Shown in pieces: positions 61,747 through 64,000 of a DNA stretch of 64,000 nucleotides. The DNA is from a virus. The stretch covers positions 4,524 to 68,523 of IMG/VR virus record IMGVR_UViG_3300020202_000069. One strand, written 5' to 3'. The translations under genes and the position numbers were made by a program. The first letter of the stretch is position 1, and each line of letters starts with the position of its first letter. The notes below the pieces were generated by a model. That model saw only the letters and a list, made by a program, of their open reading frames with translations, was not told the DNA's origin and searched no databases.

Positions 61747-62034
61747 ATGTCAATCCGTATTGAGCGGTGGTCCACCACGCTCCTCGGCGATTCTTTCAAG
61801 GCACCGGAGCAGCGATCCCTGTGCATCCATGGCGAGGTCCACGGCCACCCAAACTTCGCGGATGGTACCTTCGTTGTAACATCGGCGGTGGTCAAGACCA
61901 TGGGACGCACGGTGCGTGTCGAGGAAGGCTATGAGATCGTGCTGGGTGGAGAGGACCCGGCATGGATCGGGTGGATGGAGTCTCAGGGGATCAGGTTCGA
62001 CCCCGAGAATCCGATCAAGTCACGGAGGGCGTAG
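61747..62034 (+). CDS. Conserved phage hypothetical protein (HGHPNFADGT.V.TS motif)
   Basis: GGAG RBS. Confidence 0.75.
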   Translation: MSIRIERWSTTLLGDSFKAPEQRSLCIHGEVHGHPNFADGTFVVTSAVVKTMGRTVRVEEGYEIVLGGEDPAWIGWMESQGIRFDPENPIKSRRA

Positions 62035-62038
62035 GACC

Positions 62039-62323
62039 ATGCTCGTAGCAGCAACGTTTCTGGCGACCCTGAGCCCAGATGTACCACGGTGGGCATTCAC
62101 CTACGACCCAACAGAGGAGGAGCTGGCAGAGGCCCGGCGCCTTCTCGGCGAGCCCCACGGCGTGCTCGCGATCGCGCAGATCCAGATCAGCCGCGGCTGG
62201 GATGGGTCGGGCTATCGGGTATCCAGGCCGATGTGGGACACGGGGCCTCTCGTGGGAGCCACGCTGGAGGAGATCGTTCGGAGAGAGCCCCAACTCTCCA
62301 CGACTAGGAGAGTGGAGCCATGA
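62039..62323 (+). CDS. Hypothetical protein
   Basis: AGGA RBS; ATGA coupling to the next gene. Confidence 0.55.
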   Translation: MLVAATFLATLSPDVPRWAFTYDPTEEELAEARRLLGEPHGVLAIAQIQISRGWDGSGYRVSRPMWDTGPLVGATLEEIVRREPQLSTTRRVEP

Positions 62324-63078
62324 CGAGCGCGGGTAAGGTCCAGCTGTTTTCGATCCGGAGTCACTGGTCAGATTTCCTGCTGTGGCAGGGCGAAGCCGCG
62401 AACCTTGCGGAGGCGGTGAGAAAGGCGCTCGATAGCGGCGCCGATCTCCGCGGCGCCGATCTGAGCCAAGCCTACCTGCACGGCGTCGACCTGCACGCTG
62501 CCGATTTGAGTGGCGCTAAGCTGACCGATACCGATCTTAGCGGTGGCAATCTGTGCGGCGCTTACCTACGTAGCGCCGACCTGTACGATGCCGACTTGAG
62601 CGGCGCTCTTCTGGCCGATGCCGACTTGAGCGGCGCTTGTCTGAGATATGCCGATCTGGAAGGTGCCAACCTGAGCGGTACTATCTTGAGCGGAACGGAT
62701 CTATGTGGAACGAACCTGCGCGGCGTCGAACTGAGTGAACACAACCTGAGACGCTCCAACCTGAGCGGCGCCAAGAGTGACTTCTTCGCCGTGCTGTCAG
62801 CTGTTCCCGCGGAGGCTCCGGCGGTCGCAGCAGCGATCCGTGAGGGGCGCGTCAATGGGTCGGTCTATCAGGGCGAATGTGCGTGCCTTGTGGGCACCAT
62901 CGCGAACGCCCTAGGCTGTGAGTATATGCAGATCCCAGGGCTCAGACCGAACGCTGATCGGCCGGCCGAGCTACTGTTCCTGGCAATCCGACTAGGCGAC
63001 ACACCCGAGACAAACCCGATCTGTCGACTCGTCCTCGAGTGGATCGAGGAATGGCAAGCAAAGGCTGGGACACCATGA
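62320..63078 (+). CDS. Pentapeptide-repeat protein with C-terminal globular domain
   Basis: About 20 A(D/N)LxG-type repeats. Confidence 0.92.
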   Translation: MTSAGKVQLFSIRSHWSDFLLWQGEAANLAEAVRKALDSGADLRGADLSQAYLHGVDLHAADLSGAKLTDTDLSGGNLCGAYLRSADLYDADLSGALLADADLSGACLRYADLEGANLSGTILSGTDLCGTNLRGVELSEHNLRRSNLSGAKSDFFAVLSAVPAEAPAVAAAIREGRVNGSVYQGECACLVGTIANALGCEYMQIPGLRPNADRPAELLFLAIRLGDTPETNPICRLVLEWIEEWQAKAGTP

Positions 63079-63824
63079 CCACCTCCGTGCACCCACTCGA
63101 AAAGATCCTTGAGCGGCTCCCCTCTCGCCCCTGCTCCGAGGGGCAAGCGTGGATCCGGTCGCTCCCCGCGACCACGCCCCCGGGGGATGCGTGGAAGTCC
63201 TGCCACGATGCCCGCTGGCTTCTCTGGCTCTGTGGACAGCTCTCGTTCGACCCACACATCTTCGCGCTCGCGGCGATCGAAATCGCAAAGACTGGTCTGC
63301 CGATCTGGGAGAGCCGGTATCCTGAGGACCGACGCCCCCACGCAGCGATCGAGACAGCGCTCGCATGGACGCGCGGGGAAGCGACGCCCGAGCAGGCGCG
63401 CGTGGCATTGCGCGCCGCGCATGATGCAGCCGACGCCACTTACGCTAACGCCGCCACACACTTCGTCGCCGGTGATCGCGCCGCGCATGATGCCGCAAGC
63501 GCTGCGTACTTCGTCGCCCTCGCCACATCGGCTGCTGCCCGTGCCGCTTACTACACGGGCGTCGCCCTCGCCAACTCCGACGCCCGCGTTGCTTACTATG
63601 TCGGCAGCGGCAGCGCCGCTGCCGACGATGCGGCCGAGTTTACTGCTGCCGCAGCCGCCGATTACACATCCGCAGCCGCCTCGGTCACTGACTTCGCCGC
63701 CGCGGACGCCGCCGCCAACCATTGGCGCGCATCGCTGGCTCACTCCGCAGATCTGGTACGATCGATCGTACCCTGGAGCGAGATCGAGCGGCGCCTGCCA
63801 GGCGATCGAAGGAGTTCACCGTGA
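63075..63824 (+). CDS. Ala-rich protein with Imm5-like segment
   Basis: DRRPHAAIETALAWTRGE; ATGA coupling. Confidence 0.7.
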   Translation: MTTSVHPLEKILERLPSRPCSEGQAWIRSLPATTPPGDAWKSCHDARWLLWLCGQLSFDPHIFALAAIEIAKTGLPIWESRYPEDRRPHAAIETALAWTRGEATPEQARVALRAAHDAADATYANAATHFVAGDRAAHDAASAAYFVALATSAAARAAYYTGVALANSDARVAYYVGSGSAAADDAAEFTAAAAADYTSAAASVTDFAAADAAANHWRASLAHSADLVRSIVPWSEIERRLPGDRRSSP

Positions 63825-64000
63825 GCCCCTCCGCGCACCCGCTTGAAGAGATCCTCGATCGGTTTCCCTCTCCGCCCCTGCCCACCTGTGAGGCGCGCGC
63901 GTGGCTCCGCTCTCTCCCTCTGAAGATGCCACCGGAGGAGGTTTGGAAGACCTGTCCTGATGGGTGCTGGATGCTCGAGTTCTGCGGTCGGATCAGGATC
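63821..64000 (+). CDS. Paralog of the preceding gene (partial, runs off the window)
   Basis: MSPSAHPLEEILDRFPS...CEARAWLRSLP vs MTTSVHPLEKILERLPS..CSEGQAWIRSLP. Confidence 0.7.
   Translation, partial: MSPSAHPLEEILDRFPSPPLPTCEARAWLRSLPLKMPPEEVWKTCPDGCWMLEFCGRIRI

Larger units (their letters stand above)
1..64000. mobile_element. Temperate phage/prophage segment: Mu-like myovirus morphogenesis operon plus lambdoid-type replication and immunity modules
   Basis: Contiguous terminase-portal-protease-capsid-sheath-tube-TMP-baseplate order, DnaB/initiator and a CI/Cro divergence; no housekeeping genes seen; ends not in window. Confidence 0.97.

Noticed and set aside
1-64000. tRNA genes and stop-codon reassignment
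   Set aside because: No cloverleaf with a GTTCRA T-loop found in the intergenic gaps I read; core genes are full length in the standard code with TAA, TAG and TGA all used as stops

Overview
The whole 64 kb window is one GC-rich temperate bacteriophage or prophage segment with a contractile (myovirus) tail. The probable host is a myxobacterium (Polyangiaceae-like), inferred from a host-type nucleoid protein, an XRE regulator and a Cys-rich convergent gene. From about 59.1 kb down to 152 nearly all genes are on the minus strand. In transcription order they are: cro-like gene; early small ORFs; a sigma-70 region-4 protein; a replication module (initiator with 10 internal iterons plus DnaB); a nin-like accessory region (three orphan DNA methyltransferases, dCMP deaminase, HD nucleotidase, RusA, tandem MazG-like protein, DUF488-like protein, RNA ligase, DarG-like macrodomain); putative late regulators; then a Mu-like morphogenesis operon (TerS, TerL, DUF935 portal, head fibre, Mu I/Z-type protease-scaffold, cement, capsid, neck, sheath, tube, chaperones, tape measure, Mu-like baseplate, distal tail proteins). 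Right of 59.1 kb are a CI-like repressor and a plus-strand early operon. I recognised no integrase, transposase, lysis cassette, tRNA or CRISPR array in the window. The most unusual observations are: a capsid N-arm-like motif at the N-terminus of the protease; a divergent HTH cassette inserted between terL and portal; a 12-amino-acid-alphabet repeat protein after a spike gene lacking the HxH tip; and a promoter-driven ~215-nt structured leader that can sequester the RBS of the small-ORF/dam operon. All product calls come from motif recognition by eye; no database searches were run. Several start codons were re-assigned from the ORF track using RBS and ATGA/GTGA overlaps.
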